The notes beneath the pieces were generated by a model that had not been told where the DNA came from, made no database searches, and saw nothing but the letters and a program-made list of their open reading frames with translations. Positions 19,439-30,118 of a stretch of DNA of 64,000 bases are shown one piece after another; position 1 is the stretch's first letter, and every line of letters begins with the position of its first letter. Origin of the DNA: Dendrobates tinctorius. Its lineage: Eukaryota. The stretch lies in NCBI RefSeq assembly GCF_039654945.1, contig NW_027361677.1:18042001-18106000 (forward strand). The letters are read 5' to 3'. The position numbers were made by a program, and so were the translations under genes.

Positions 19439-22400
19439 GGTATATATAAAATCGATACCACAAAATTAAAGGGGGTTTCCTATAATCAATCACAACCACA
19501 GGAAGGGCAATGCGTATCACATTGCTGGGGGTCCGGCCACTCGGGTATCCACTGAGATGATCGGTGAATGTCCCCTTGGTGAGACCCCCTTGTGGCATAA
19601 AGACCCCCTGTAGTGTAACAACCTATTTTATTGTGCTTCTGGCTACTGAGGGGATATCTTCAGTCCTAGGATGCAGGCGGCCTCACCGATGGCTTGGTGT
19701 GGACATCCAGCATTGTGAGCTGCACATAGGTCTGCAGCGTTAACCCCCATCTCGTTGGATCCGTGTACATGAGACCCTGAAGAAAGTATAAAGAATATGA
19801 ACTAATAAGAACACAGCGGTAATATAGCCGGCACAAGGTATATGACAGCGGTAATACAACTGGCACAGTGTATACGACGGCTGTAATGCAACCGGCACAA
19901 GGTATATGACGGCGGTAATGCAACCGGCACAGGGTATACGGTGGCAGTAATACAATCGGCACAGGGTATACGACGGCTATAATGCAACCGGCACAAGGTA
20001 TATGACGGCGGTAATGCAACCGGCACAGGGTATAGAGCGGTGGTAATGCAACCGACACAGGGTATACGGTGGCAGTAATACAATCGGCACAGGTTATACA
20101 GCGGCGGTATTACAACCGGCACAGGGTATACGGTGGCGGTAATACAATCGGCACAGGGTATACAGCGGCGGTATTACAACCGGCACAGGGTATACGGTGG
20201 CGGTAATACAATCGGCACAGGTTATACAGCGGCGGTATTACAACCGACACAGGGTATACGGTGGCGGTAATACAATCGGCACAGGGTATACAGCGGCGGT
20301 ATTACAACCGGCACAGGGTATACGGTGGCGGTAATACAATCGTCACAGGGTATACAGCGGCGGTATTACAACCGGCACAGGGTATACGGTGGCGGTAATA
20401 CAATCGGCACAGGTTATACAGCGGCGGTATTACAACCGGCACAGGGTATACGGTGGCGGTGATACAATCGGCACAGGGTATACAGCGGTGGTATTACAAC
20501 CGGCACAGGGTATATGGTGGCGGTAATACAATCGGCACAGGTTATACAGCGGCGGTATTACAACCGGCACAGGTTATACAGCGGCGGTAATACAATCGGC
20601 ACAGGTTATATAGCGGCGGTATTACAACCGGCACAGGGTATATGGTGGCGGTAATACAATCAGCACAGGTTATACAGCGGCGGTATTACAACCGGCACAG
20701 GGTATACAGTGGCGGTAATACAATTGGCACAGGGTATACAGCGGCGGTAATGCAACCGACACAGGGTATACGGTGGCGGTAATACAATCGGCACAGGTTA
20801 TACAGCAGCGGTAATGCAACCGACACAGGGTATACGGTGGCGGTAATACAATCGGCACAGGTTATACAGCGGCGGTATTACAACCGGCACAGGGTATACG
20901 GTGGCGGTAATACAATCGCCACAGGGTATACAGCGGCGGTATTACAACCGGCACAGGGTATACGGTGGCGGTAATACAATCGGCACAGGTTATACAGCGG
21001 CGGTATTACAACCGGCACAGGGTATACAGTGGCGGTAATACAATCGGCACAAGTTATACAGCGGCGGTAATGCAACTGACACAGGGTATACGGTGGCGGT
21101 AATACAATCGGCACAGGTTATACAGCGGTGGTATTACAACCGACACAGGGTATTTGATGGCGATATAACCGGCACAGGGTATACAGCGGCGGTATTACAA
21201 CCGGCACAGGGTATTCGATGGCGGTAATATAACTGGCACAGGGAACACGGCAGCAGTAATATAACAGGCACAGCGTACACGGTGGCGGTAACATAACCGG
21301 CACATGTATAGGAATATGAGATTGTACGATAACTCACCAGTGGATTGTGGCCTTGGACATTTCTCCATTTTGCAACAGGCTCCATCATAACCTTAAAAAT
21401 ACATCAATATATTAAAGGACAATTGCTAAGCAGAATGACTGCGATTCTCAAGGGCACAGAAGAAGTCTTCTTCATCTACATCCTTCTGTGGGCTCTGGGG
21501 AGGAGGACACGGATTCTGTAACCTATCGGCACCCTGAGTTTCGGGGAAAGGAGGTGGGAAATGGGCAGCTGCATGTGTGCAAATGGCAAGTCAACCCTTT
21601 ACATGCTGCTGACAGTGATTGACAGCAGCGTCTAAACGCTTGATCAACTGTGATCAGAGTTCGCTCTGATCGCTGCTGTCGGGAGACAGGTGGTGGATGT
21701 GCCACACTACCTTATGAAGACATACCTTGACATCAGGGTGGGTGAAGGGGTTAATAAACCAGTCCTATAGTACACGAATATATATGGTGATTACCTCGAG
21801 GTTGGCAGTATTGGAGAAATATTCGAGACAGCTGGTTTTTCCACTCGCTATGTTTCCCTCCACACAGATCTAAAAAGGAAGGATTGAAAGGAGACTTTTC
21901 TTTAAATTCTGCAAACGCAGTGCGGCATATATACGTATAATGTTATAATGAACGACACTTACGGTGCTTTTACCTTTGTTTTTCAAACCATTAGCTAGAG
22001 AGAAGGGAAAAAATATTAAGAGACTATTATTTTTATTTGTATTATTTATTATTTTTATTTATCAACTTTGATGTAATCATAAATCAGCTGAGAAGAACTC
22101 AGAAAAAGACAGATAAAAGATCCAAAAACTCTTAACAAATGAGACTGAGCTCACTGATGGAGCCTCAGTTAACTCATTCTGCAGCCAGTAATATACACAG
22201 AGGCTACACAACGCAAACATTGCAACATTTTTAATGAAGCACAGTGAAAATCATTTTTAGCCCAATAGACGTGCATTTAACCCCTTTTCGACTTTGGATG
22301 TATAGATATGTCCAAGCTAGTCTCCCTGACTTTGAGGCGGGTTCTGGCCTTGAGCCCGCATCTTTCCGCCACGTCATTCAAAAGTACAGAAAAAAACAAA

Positions 22401-23733
22401 CAAACAAGCGATCGTACGGCTGATAAAGAAGTTGAGGCTTTCGGAAAGGAACGGGATAAAATAAAATGTTGCTGAAAGGGTAAATAATACGGATTTTTTT
22501 TTTTCTTTACCTTAGATCTATTTCGCCAGTTAAAAAAAAAAAAATATGGGGGAAAATGCGACATTATAAGTATGCAGTACAATGAAATCATCGTTATTAA
22601 AAGGTTAATCTAATCTACAGCGACCAGGTTGGGCTCCTGGGGCAGGATGTTGGGCTCCTGACCACAAGGAGAGATTAACCCTCGCTGTGGGGGATGCGGT
22701 ACATACATATATAGAAGAGGCACCGCAGTATAACCAATTGTCCGATTTATGATACCGGAGTGCCCCTTTTATATGAGCACGAGACCTGCCGATCGTCAAC
22801 GCGTCCTGGCGGGTTAACAACACGACGCCAACTTGAGGAGTAAATAGACAACCCCTTTAAGTAGTCATTTTCTATATGCTTATTCAGACTTTGTTTTCTT
22901 TTGTTACATCCTTTTAAAGGGGAAGTTGGGTGACAACCAATATGTCTACCATAACATCATCCACTGAGGTTGTCACCCAAAATCTGCATATTGTACAGTG
23001 ATAGATGTGTGGCAGAGTGCCATACACCATCCATAGGGCCCAAATGTAAATAACGTCTAGTATATATTCAACAAACTAGATACCAATGTGAACATACATC
23101 TATACACACACAAAATATAGATATATATAGATATATATAGATATATCCCAAAGCAACAAATCAGAATTCTGCTTTCATTTTCCCAGAAGCCTTAGAAAAA
23201 TGAGTGCTAGATTCTGATTGGTTGCTATGGCCAACTGCAGCAAAGCCCATAGCAACTATATTAATGCTTTCATTTTCAAAAAAAGGCTTTCAGTAAATAA
23301 GAGCTGGAATGTGATTGGCTGCTATGGCTAACTGCAGAAAAGCCAATGGCAACCAATGAGAGTTCTGCTTTTATTTTCAAAAAGGCTTTTGGTAAACCTG
23401 ACCTGGAAGCTGATTGGTTGCGATAGGCAACTACCGCGCTGTCTCTAGCACCCAATCAGATTCCAGTTCTCATTTAACAAACGTTTTTTGTGAAATGATA
23501 GCATTGTTATGGGTGATCACCCCGGCTTTACCAGACGCCATTGCCTCTCGTTCTCCTCAGAGGGCAGGACGTGCTTGGAGTTGTAGTCCGAACACAGCCC
23601 GTATGTGTAGCCGGGATTTACCTTGCCCGTCGCTGTGCAGTAACCGGCTCATGACTGAGCAGCCCCCGACTGGCGGACGACGTATCCGGGTCAGCAGCTT
23701 GCAGCCCGCCCGCGCCGCTCCAGAGAGTGACAT
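15257..23733 (-). CDS. TK2: Thymidine kinase 2, mitochondrial; 10 coding exons, 765 nt, 254 aa
   Basis: complement(join(23622..23733,21963..21994,21795..21869,21338..21391,19687..19776,19072..19145,18398..18486,18088..18167,16165..16245,15257..15334)). P-loop [12 protein letters not shown] motif and lid RCREEE present; all introns GT-AG with consistent phases. Confidence 0.97.
15385..15640. repeat. Second locus of the ~90-bp repeat (about 3 units), TK2 intron 9
   Basis: Same unit as 6527-7335. Confidence 0.9.
16165..16245 (-). CDS. TK2: TK2 exon 9 ([27 protein letters not shown])
   Basis: 81 nt, cag|GAG ... CTC|gtaagt. Confidence 0.95.
16352..16980. repeat. 23/46-bp GC-rich minisatellite (CCCCGGCCGACTTCTCCCCCGATCCCCATCCGACTACTCTCTCGAT)
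   Basis: Visible tandem units in TK2 intron 8. Confidence 0.95.
17420..17600. repeat. ~47-bp tandem repeat, about 4 units
   Basis: Units of CCGCTCTGCAGAGCCCCATCTTGTCTGCGCATG... Confidence 0.8.
18088..18167 (-). CDS. TK2: TK2 exon 8 ([27 protein letters not shown])
   Basis: 80 nt, acag|TT ... CTG|gtgaga. Confidence 0.95.
18398..18486 (-). CDS. TK2: TK2 exon 7 ([30 protein letters not shown])
   Basis: 89 nt, gcag|T ... G|gtaagt. Confidence 0.95.
19072..19145 (-). CDS. TK2: TK2 exon 6 ([24 protein letters not shown])
   Basis: 74 nt, gcag|CTC ... AG|gtaggc. Confidence 0.95.
19393..19435. repeat. (TA)n microsatellite
   Basis: Visible run. Confidence 0.95.
19687..19776 (-). CDS. TK2: TK2 exon 5 ([30 protein letters not shown])
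   Basis: 90 nt, tcag|GGT ... TCG|gtgagg. Confidence 0.95.
19815..21305. repeat. 32-bp minisatellite with alternating 64-bp higher-order dimers (CAAYCGGCACAGGGTATACRGYGGCGGTAWTA)
   Basis: Fills almost all of TK2 intron 4 (19777-21337). Confidence 0.95.
21338..21391 (-). CDS. TK2: TK2 exon 4 ([18 protein letters not shown])
   Basis: 54 nt, taag|GTT ... CTG|gtgagt. Confidence 0.95.
21795..21869 (-). CDS. TK2: TK2 exon 3 ([26 protein letters not shown]-loop)
   Basis: 75 nt, ttag|ATC ... GAG|gtaatc. Confidence 0.96.
21963..21994 (-). CDS. TK2: TK2 exon 2 (32-nt micro-exon, [11 protein letters not shown])
   Basis: ctctctag|CT ... ACC|gtaagt; restores phase between exon 1 (phase 1) and exon 3 (phase 0). 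Confidence 0.88.
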
Positions 23734-23890
23734 GCCCGGTAACGAGGCCTACACATGGCTGCACACATCCGGCTCCTCCATAGACCTCCTCCTCACAGCC
23801 GGCGGGGAGGAGACGTGACAGCCCGGCCCAGAGTCACTGCCGGTACTGGTGAGGGAGCAGGGAGGACGCCATGTGTGAGGACACAGGGGG
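23520..23890. promoter_or_regulatory. CpG-rich TK2 promoter / first-exon region, possibly bidirectional
   Basis: High CpG density; GGCGGGGAGG GC-box-like motif near 23801; ACTACAACTCC (ZNF143/THAP11-like) on - at 23577-23587; + strand donor-like CTG|GTGAGG at 23848/23849. Confidence 0.55.
23622..23733 (-). CDS. TK2: TK2 exon 1 ([37 protein letters not shown]; Arg-rich, acid-poor mitochondrial presequence)
   Basis: ATG at 23733 in CpG-rich DNA; CAAG|gtaaat donor, phase 1. Confidence 0.8.
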
Positions 23891-23895
23891 CAGAA

Positions 23896-26115
23896 ATGTG
23901 TGACCCCCCCCCTCTCCATCCACCTCTATGGGAGCAGTGTAATGTGTGACCCCCCCCCTCTCCATCCACCTCTATGGGAGCAGTGTAATGTGTGACCCCC
24001 CCTCTCCATCCACCTCTATGGGAGCAGTGTAATGTGTGACCCCCCTCTCCATCCACCTCTATGGGAGCAGTGTAATGTGTGACCCCCCCTCTCCATCCAC
24101 CTCTATGGGAGCAGTGTAATGTGTGACCCTCCCCCTCTCCATCCACCTCTATGGGAGCAGTGTAGTGTGTGACCCCCCCTCTCCATCCACCTCTATGGGA
24201 GCAGTGTAGTGTGTGACCCCCCCTCTCCATCCACCTCTATGGGAGCAGTGTAGTGTGTGACCCCCCCTCTCCATCCACCTCTATGGGAGCAGTGTAATGT
24301 GTGACCCCCCTCTCCATCCACCTCTATGGGAGCAGTGTAATGTGTGACCCCCCCTCTCCATCCACCTCTATGGGAGCAGTGTAATGTGTGACCCTCCCCC
24401 TCTCCATCCACCTCTATGGGAGCAGTGTAATGTGTGACCCCCCTCTCCATCCACCTCTATGGGAGCAGTGTAATGTGTGACCCCCCCTCTCCATCCACCT
24501 CTATGGGAGCAGTGTAATGTGTGACCCCCCTCTCCATCCACCTCTATGGGAGCAGTGTAATGTGTGACCCCCCCTCTCCATCCACCTCTATGGGAGCAGT
24601 GTAATGTGTGACCCCCCTCTCCATCCACCTCTATGGGAGCAGTGTAATGTGTGACCCCCCCTCTCCATCCACCTCTATGGGAGCAGTGTAATGTGTGACC
24701 CCCCCCTCTCCATCCACCTCTATGGGAGCAGTGTAATGTGTGACCCCCCTCTCCATCCACCTCTATGGGAGCAGTGTAATGTGTGACCCCCCCTCTCCAT
24801 CCACCTCTATGGGAGCAGTGTAATGTGTGACCCCCCCTCTCCATCCACCTCTATGGGAGCAGTGTAATGTGTGACCCCCCCTCTCCATCCACCTCTATGG
24901 GAGCAGTGTAATGTGTGACCCCCCCTCTCCATCCACCTCTATGGGAGCAGTGTACTGTGTGACCCCCCTCTCCATCCACCTCTATGGGAGCAGTGTAATG
25001 TGTGACCCCCCCTCTCCATCCACCTCTATGGGAGCAGTGTAATGTGTGACCCCCCCTCTCCATCCACCTCTATGGGAGCAGTGTAATGTGTGACCCCCCC
25101 TCTCCGTCCACCTCTATGGGAGCAGTGTAATGTGTGACCCCCCCTCTCCATCCACCTCTATGGGAGCAGTGTAATGTGTGACCCCGCTCCATCCACCTCT
25201 ATGGGAGCAGTGTAATGTGTGACCCCCGCTCCATCCACCTCTATGGGAGCAGTGTAATGTGTGACCCCCGCTCCATCCACCTCTATGGGAGCAGTGTAAT
25301 GTGTGACCCCCGCTCCATCCACCTCTATGGGAGCAGTGTAATGTGTGATCCCGCTCCATCCACCTCTATGGGAGCAGTGTAATGTGTGATCCCGCTCCAT
25401 CCACCTCTATGGGAGCAGTGTAATGTGTGACCCCGCTCCGTCCACCTCTATGGGAGCAGTGTAATGTGTGACCCCCGCTCCGTCCACCTCTATGGGAGGA
25501 GTGTAATGTGTGACCCCGCTCCGTCCACCTCTATGGGAGGAGTGTAATGTGTGACCCCGCTTCGTCCACCTCTATGGGAGGAGTGTAATGTGTGACCCCG
25601 CCCCGTCCACCTCTATGAGAGCAGTAATGTGTGACCCCGCTCAGTCCACCTCTATGAGAGCAGTAATGTGTGACCCCGCTCCATCCACCTCTATGGGAGC
25701 AGTGTAATGTGTGACCCCGCTCCATCCACCTCTATGGGAGCAGTGTAATGTGTGACCCCGTTCCATCCACCTCTATGGGAGCAGTGTAATGTGTGACCCC
25801 GCTCCATCCACCTCTATGGGAGGAGTGTAATGTGTGACCCCGCTCCATCCACCTCTATGGGAGGAGTGTAATGTGTGACCCCGCTCCGTCCACCTCTATG
25901 GGAGTAGTGTAATGTGTGACCCTGCTCCGTCCACCTCTATGGGAGTAGTGTAATGTGTGACCCTGCTCCGTCCACCTCTATGGGAGCAGTGTAATGTGTG
26001 ACCCCCGCTCCGTCCACCTCTATGGGAGCAGTGTAATGTCTGACCCTGCTCCGTCCACTTCTGTGGGAGCAGTGGTGTAATATGTGCCCCCCCCTCCTCC
26101 ATCCACTTCTATGGA
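23896..26115. repeat. 42-45-bp minisatellite (TGTGTGACCCCCCCTCTCCATCCACCTCTATGGGAGCAGTGTAA), ~2.2 kb
   Basis: Visible tandem units just upstream of TK2 exon 1. Confidence 0.97.
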
Positions 26116-26351
26116 AGCACACACATGTATGCATACATCTTTACATAGCAAGGATAGAGAATGGTCTGACAGCCAGATCCAGGAGCCCCTTCTTCACAGA
26201 TTGTAATTCATAGTTCCGCCACTAGATGTCTCAATAACCAAAAGAATAGTAATCCTGGGGCTGCACTCATATAATGGTTCTTATTATAAGGGCCTGTGCA
26301 CATTCATCCTCTTCAGGATCAGGACTGGGGCTGGTTCTCGTCATCTCTGCA

Positions 26352-26741
26352 GTCTTCAGCAGTAAGACAAAATGAAAAAAACCCTGCTATAATTAAATAA
26401 GTAAAAAGCAAAAGTGCATGTAAATCTTACAGAGTTCTTAGTTATACTGTATTTGATCAAACAGCATAAAAGCCGTCCCGCCCCGACCACAGAGTCACCT
26501 TGTCGATGGTGGGACGGCTTTTATGCTATGTTTGATCAAATACAGTATAACTAAGAACTCTGTGTGATTTTAAATGCACTTTTGCTTTTTACTTATTTAA
26601 TTATAGCGGGTTTTTTTTTCATTTTGTCTTTTGTAGGTTTTGCATGCTTTATGGCCATGTGAACATGCATTTATATGCTGCATGTGTACCAACTCAAACC
26701 AAGCTCAATTTTTGTGTTTTTTTTTTGTCTTCAGCAGTAAG
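26352..26741. mobile_element. Penelope-like retroelement remnant with inverted ends and a 15-bp flanking direct repeat
   Basis: Inverted arms of ~115 bp (~26366-26482 and ~26507-26629); GTCTTCAGCAGTAAG duplicated at 26352-26366 and 26727-26741; related sequence at ~18620-18830. Confidence 0.6.
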
Positions 26742-27137
26742 GCCTAGTGTGCTGCCAGATGGTGGACGCTCATGAGCATAAAGTATCCCATAAAGCAGGG
26801 ACCTCTGATTAACACTTTAGGAACCATACAGTGGCAGCATTGCTCCTGGATGTGTAACTTCAAATTCTGCCCCTGTGACCGATCCTGTAATTATACAGCT
26901 TCCCCCAAAACCCGTCTCCTGAAAGCTCCTGCTAGAAAACTCCCCACTCTACCAACCCCACTGATCTGACCCAAAGGATATTAATGTTTCGGGCTCTTCC
27001 TCGCTCGCTCTGTCTGTTCCTCTTTTCTTAATGTCAGAGTTATGAAGTGCGGCTGCAAAATGCTGAGGCCACGAAAACATAAAGGAACCAGAAGTCTTTT
27101 GCAATGATAGAAAATATGATCTACAGATATTAACACA

Positions 27138-27438
27138 TCAATGTAGAAGGATCAACTTTATTCTCATTTGCACAAGGAAAGACTAGAAGCAATGGGATGA
27201 AACTGAATGGGAGGAGACACAGATTAGATATATGAAAAAACTTTTTGACAGTTAGAGTGATCAATGAGTGGAACAGGCTGCCACGAGAAGTGGTGAGTTC
27301 TCCTTCAATGGAAGTCTTCAAACAGAGGCTGGACAGACATCTGACTGGGATGATTTAGCGAATCCTGCTTTGAGCAGGGGGTTGGACCAGATGGCCCAGG
27401 AGGTCCCTTCCAACTCTACGATTCTATGATTCTATGAT
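27138..27438 (+). mobile_element. 5'-truncated CR1 LINE 3' end
   Basis: RT C-terminal remnant (..TVRVINEWNRLPREVVSSPSMEVFKQRLD..), GGTCCCTTCCAAC, and the diagnostic (ATTCTATG)n tail. Confidence 0.9.
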
Positions 27439-27704
27439 ACTGTCAGCATGCTGGTTAGGGCTTGCTGATGGTTTCCACTAGCCTGCAAGTGTCTGCTGGA
27501 TTGATGGACAGCAGCCGTGCCCGCCAGATCCATCAGGTTCCGTTATGGCACCCCAGATCCATATGCTCGTTGGGCTCCGTTCACATCTGAATCCAAAATC
27601 GGGCCGATGTGGTTCAGATGTTTCCGTGCAAAAGAAATCACCACCCGCAGTATTTATTTTTTTTTCATTTTTCAGATGTGGGTGCGTAAAAGAACTGGAA
27701 TGTT

Positions 27705-27960
27705 AGGCCGGAGTCACTCTAGAGAGAAAAACGGACAAGTGCAATGCGATAAAACATCGCATTGCACTCAGCCCAATGTTAATCTATGGGGCAGCTCCCA
27801 TCATCCGATTTTTTTTTTTTTTTTTTTTCTCGTCCGTTTTAATCAGGCTGAGAAAATTGCAGCATGCTACGATTGTCACCGATTATCGGATCGAACTCGC
27901 CAATGCAAGTCTATGGGGGCCAGAAAAATACGGATTACACACAGACCAGACGTGTGACTT
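27705..27960. mobile_element. Harbinger-type MITE fragment
   Basis: Start TTA|GGCCGGAGTCAC; internal palindrome AGTGCAATGCGAT..ATCGCATTGCACT. Confidence 0.5.
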
Positions 27961-28084
27961 GCGAGAAATACGCATCGGTGTCCTTTACCAAGAGCCGGCA
28001 ATTCATTTTACGATACAGTAAAATCACACTGACGGGTTTATTAAAGAAACAAAAGAATAGATATATACACATAGAATACATATA

Positions 28085-29692
28085 CAGTTGTGGCCAAAAG
28101 TTTTGACACCCCTGCAATTTTGTCAGATAATACTCAGTTTATTCCTGAAAATGATTGCAAACACAAATTCTTTGTTATTATTATCTTCACTTAATTTGTC
28201 TTAAATGAAAAAACACAAAAATAATTGTCCTAAAGCCAAATTGGATATAATTCCACACCAGACATAAAAAAGAGGGTGGACAAAAGTATTGGCACTGTTC
28301 GAAAAATCATGTGATGCTTCTCTAATTTGTGTAATTAACAGCACCTGTAACTTACCTGGGGCACCTAACAGGTGTTGGCAATAACTAAATCACAATGGAT
28401 AAAAGTTGACTCAACCTCTGTCCTGTGTCCTTGTGTGTACCACATTGAGCATGGAGAAAAGAAAGAAGACCAAAGAACTGTCTGAGGACTTGAGAAACCA
28501 AATTGTGAGGAAGCATGAGCAATCTCAAGGCTACAAGTCCATCTCCAAAGACCTGAATGTTCCTGTGTCTACCGTGAGCAGTGTCATCAAGAAGTTTAAA
28601 GCCCATGGCACTGTGGCTAACCTCCCTAGATGTGAACGGAAAAGAAAAATTGACAAGAGATTTCAACACAAGATTGTGCGGATGTTGGATAAAGAACCTC
28701 GACTAACATCCAAACAAGTTCAAGCTGCCCTGCAGTCCGAGGGTACAACAGTGTCAACCCGTACTATCCGCCAGCGTCTGAATGAAAAGGGACTGTATGG
28801 TAGGAGACCCAGGAAGACCCCACTTCTTACCCCGAGACCTAAAAAAGCCAGGCTGGAGTTTGCCAAAACTTACCTGAAAAAGCCTAAAATGTTTTGGAAG
28901 AATGTTCTCTGGTCAGATGAGACAAAAGTAGAGCTTTTTGGGCAAAGGCATCAACATAGAGTTTACAGGAGAAAAAAAAGAGGCATTCAAAGAAAAGAAC
29001 ACGGTCCCTACAGTCAAACATGGCGGAGGTTCCCTGATGTTTTGAGGTTGCTTTGCTGCCTCTGGCACTGGACTGCATGACCGTGTGCATGGCAATATGA
29101 AGTCTGAAGACTACCAACAAATTTTGCAGCATAATGTAGGGCCCAGTGTGAGAAAGCTGGGTCTCCCTCAGAGGTCATGGGTCTTCCAGCACGACAATGA
29201 CCCAAAACACACTTCAAAAAGCACTAGGAAATGGTTTGAGGGAAAGCACTGGAGACTTCTAAGGTGGCCAGCAATGAGTCCAGACCTGAATCCCATAGAA
29301 CACCTGTGGAGAGATCTAAAAATGGCAGTTTGGAGAAGGCACCCTTCAAATATCAGGGACCTGGAGCAGTTTGCCAAAGAAGAATGGTCTAAAATTCCAG
29401 CAGAGCATTGTAAGAAACTCATTGATGGTTACCGGAAGCGGGTGGTCGCAGTTATTTTGGCTAAAGGTTGTGCAACCAAGTATTAGGCTGAGGGTGCCAA
29501 TACTTTTGTCTGGCCCATTTTTGGAGTTTTGTGTGAAATGATCAATGTTTTGCTTCATTCTCTTTTGTGTTTTTTCATTTAAGACAAATTAAATGAAGAT
29601 AATAATACCAAAGAATTTGTGTTTGCAATCATTTTCAGGAAGAAACTGAGTATTATCTGACAGAATTGCAGGGGTGTCAATACTTTTGGGCA

Positions 29693-29698
<6 letters not shown>
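28085..29698 (+). mobile_element. Near full-length Tc1 (DD34E, IR/DR type) transposon, 1614 bp
   Basis: TA|CAGTTGTGGCCAAAAGT ... ACTTTTGGGCACAAGTG; ~200-bp terminal repeats with inner copies (GACAAAAGTATTGGCAC at ~28279, GTGCCAATACTTTTGTC at ~29494). Confidence 0.95.
28451..29486 (+). pseudogene. Tc1 transposase with one +1 frameshift (A8 run 28972-28979) and one TGA at a Trp position (29043-29045)
   Basis: MEKRKKTKELSEDLR..., WSDETK, QHDNDPKH and SPDLNPIE, with 34 residues between the second D and E. Confidence 0.92.
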
Positions 29699-29726
<28 letters not shown>

Positions 29727-30118
29727 CACACACACACACACACAGTATTTATATTTCTTAGAGTTCTACATAGCAGAGTAGCCGCAATATCATTTGCCGG
29801 CTTCTGTAAAATCAATACAAAACCCGACATAATGATACATGGGTTACATACAGTAAACCATTTCATTTCATGTATTTTTTTATGTCTTTGACTAGTAATT
29901 AGATTAGGGTTTGTGTGTAAAATTTGGGACATGTAGGTGTTAAATTGGTTAATTCGTTGAAAAAAAAATGCATGGGCTCCCGTGGTAAATGCGCAACCAG
30001 AGAGGGAAAGCAGGTGAGTGAGGGCAGATAGCCGAGAGAGGGACCATTGTTTTTGCCCCCCCCCAGCTACAAAAATCTGCCCCCAGAAAAGGTGCATCTA
30101 TAAGATGTGCCTTTTCTG

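Noticed and set aside
22277-22591. 104-aa minus-strand ORF in TK2 intron 1 as an extra exon
   Set aside because: No TK2 similarity and no convincing splice pair; exons 1 and 2 already join in phase.
23573-23589. ZNF143/THAP11 motif as proof of a bidirectional promoter
   Set aside because: The same ACTACAACTCCCAGC word occurs in non-promoter context at ~58279 and ~61371, so it is weak evidence on its own.
23896-26115. Regular ~44-bp periodicity suggestive of a CRISPR array
   Set aside because: Units are head-to-tail with no unique spacers, there are no cas genes, and the context is vertebrate. The same applies to the other arrays.
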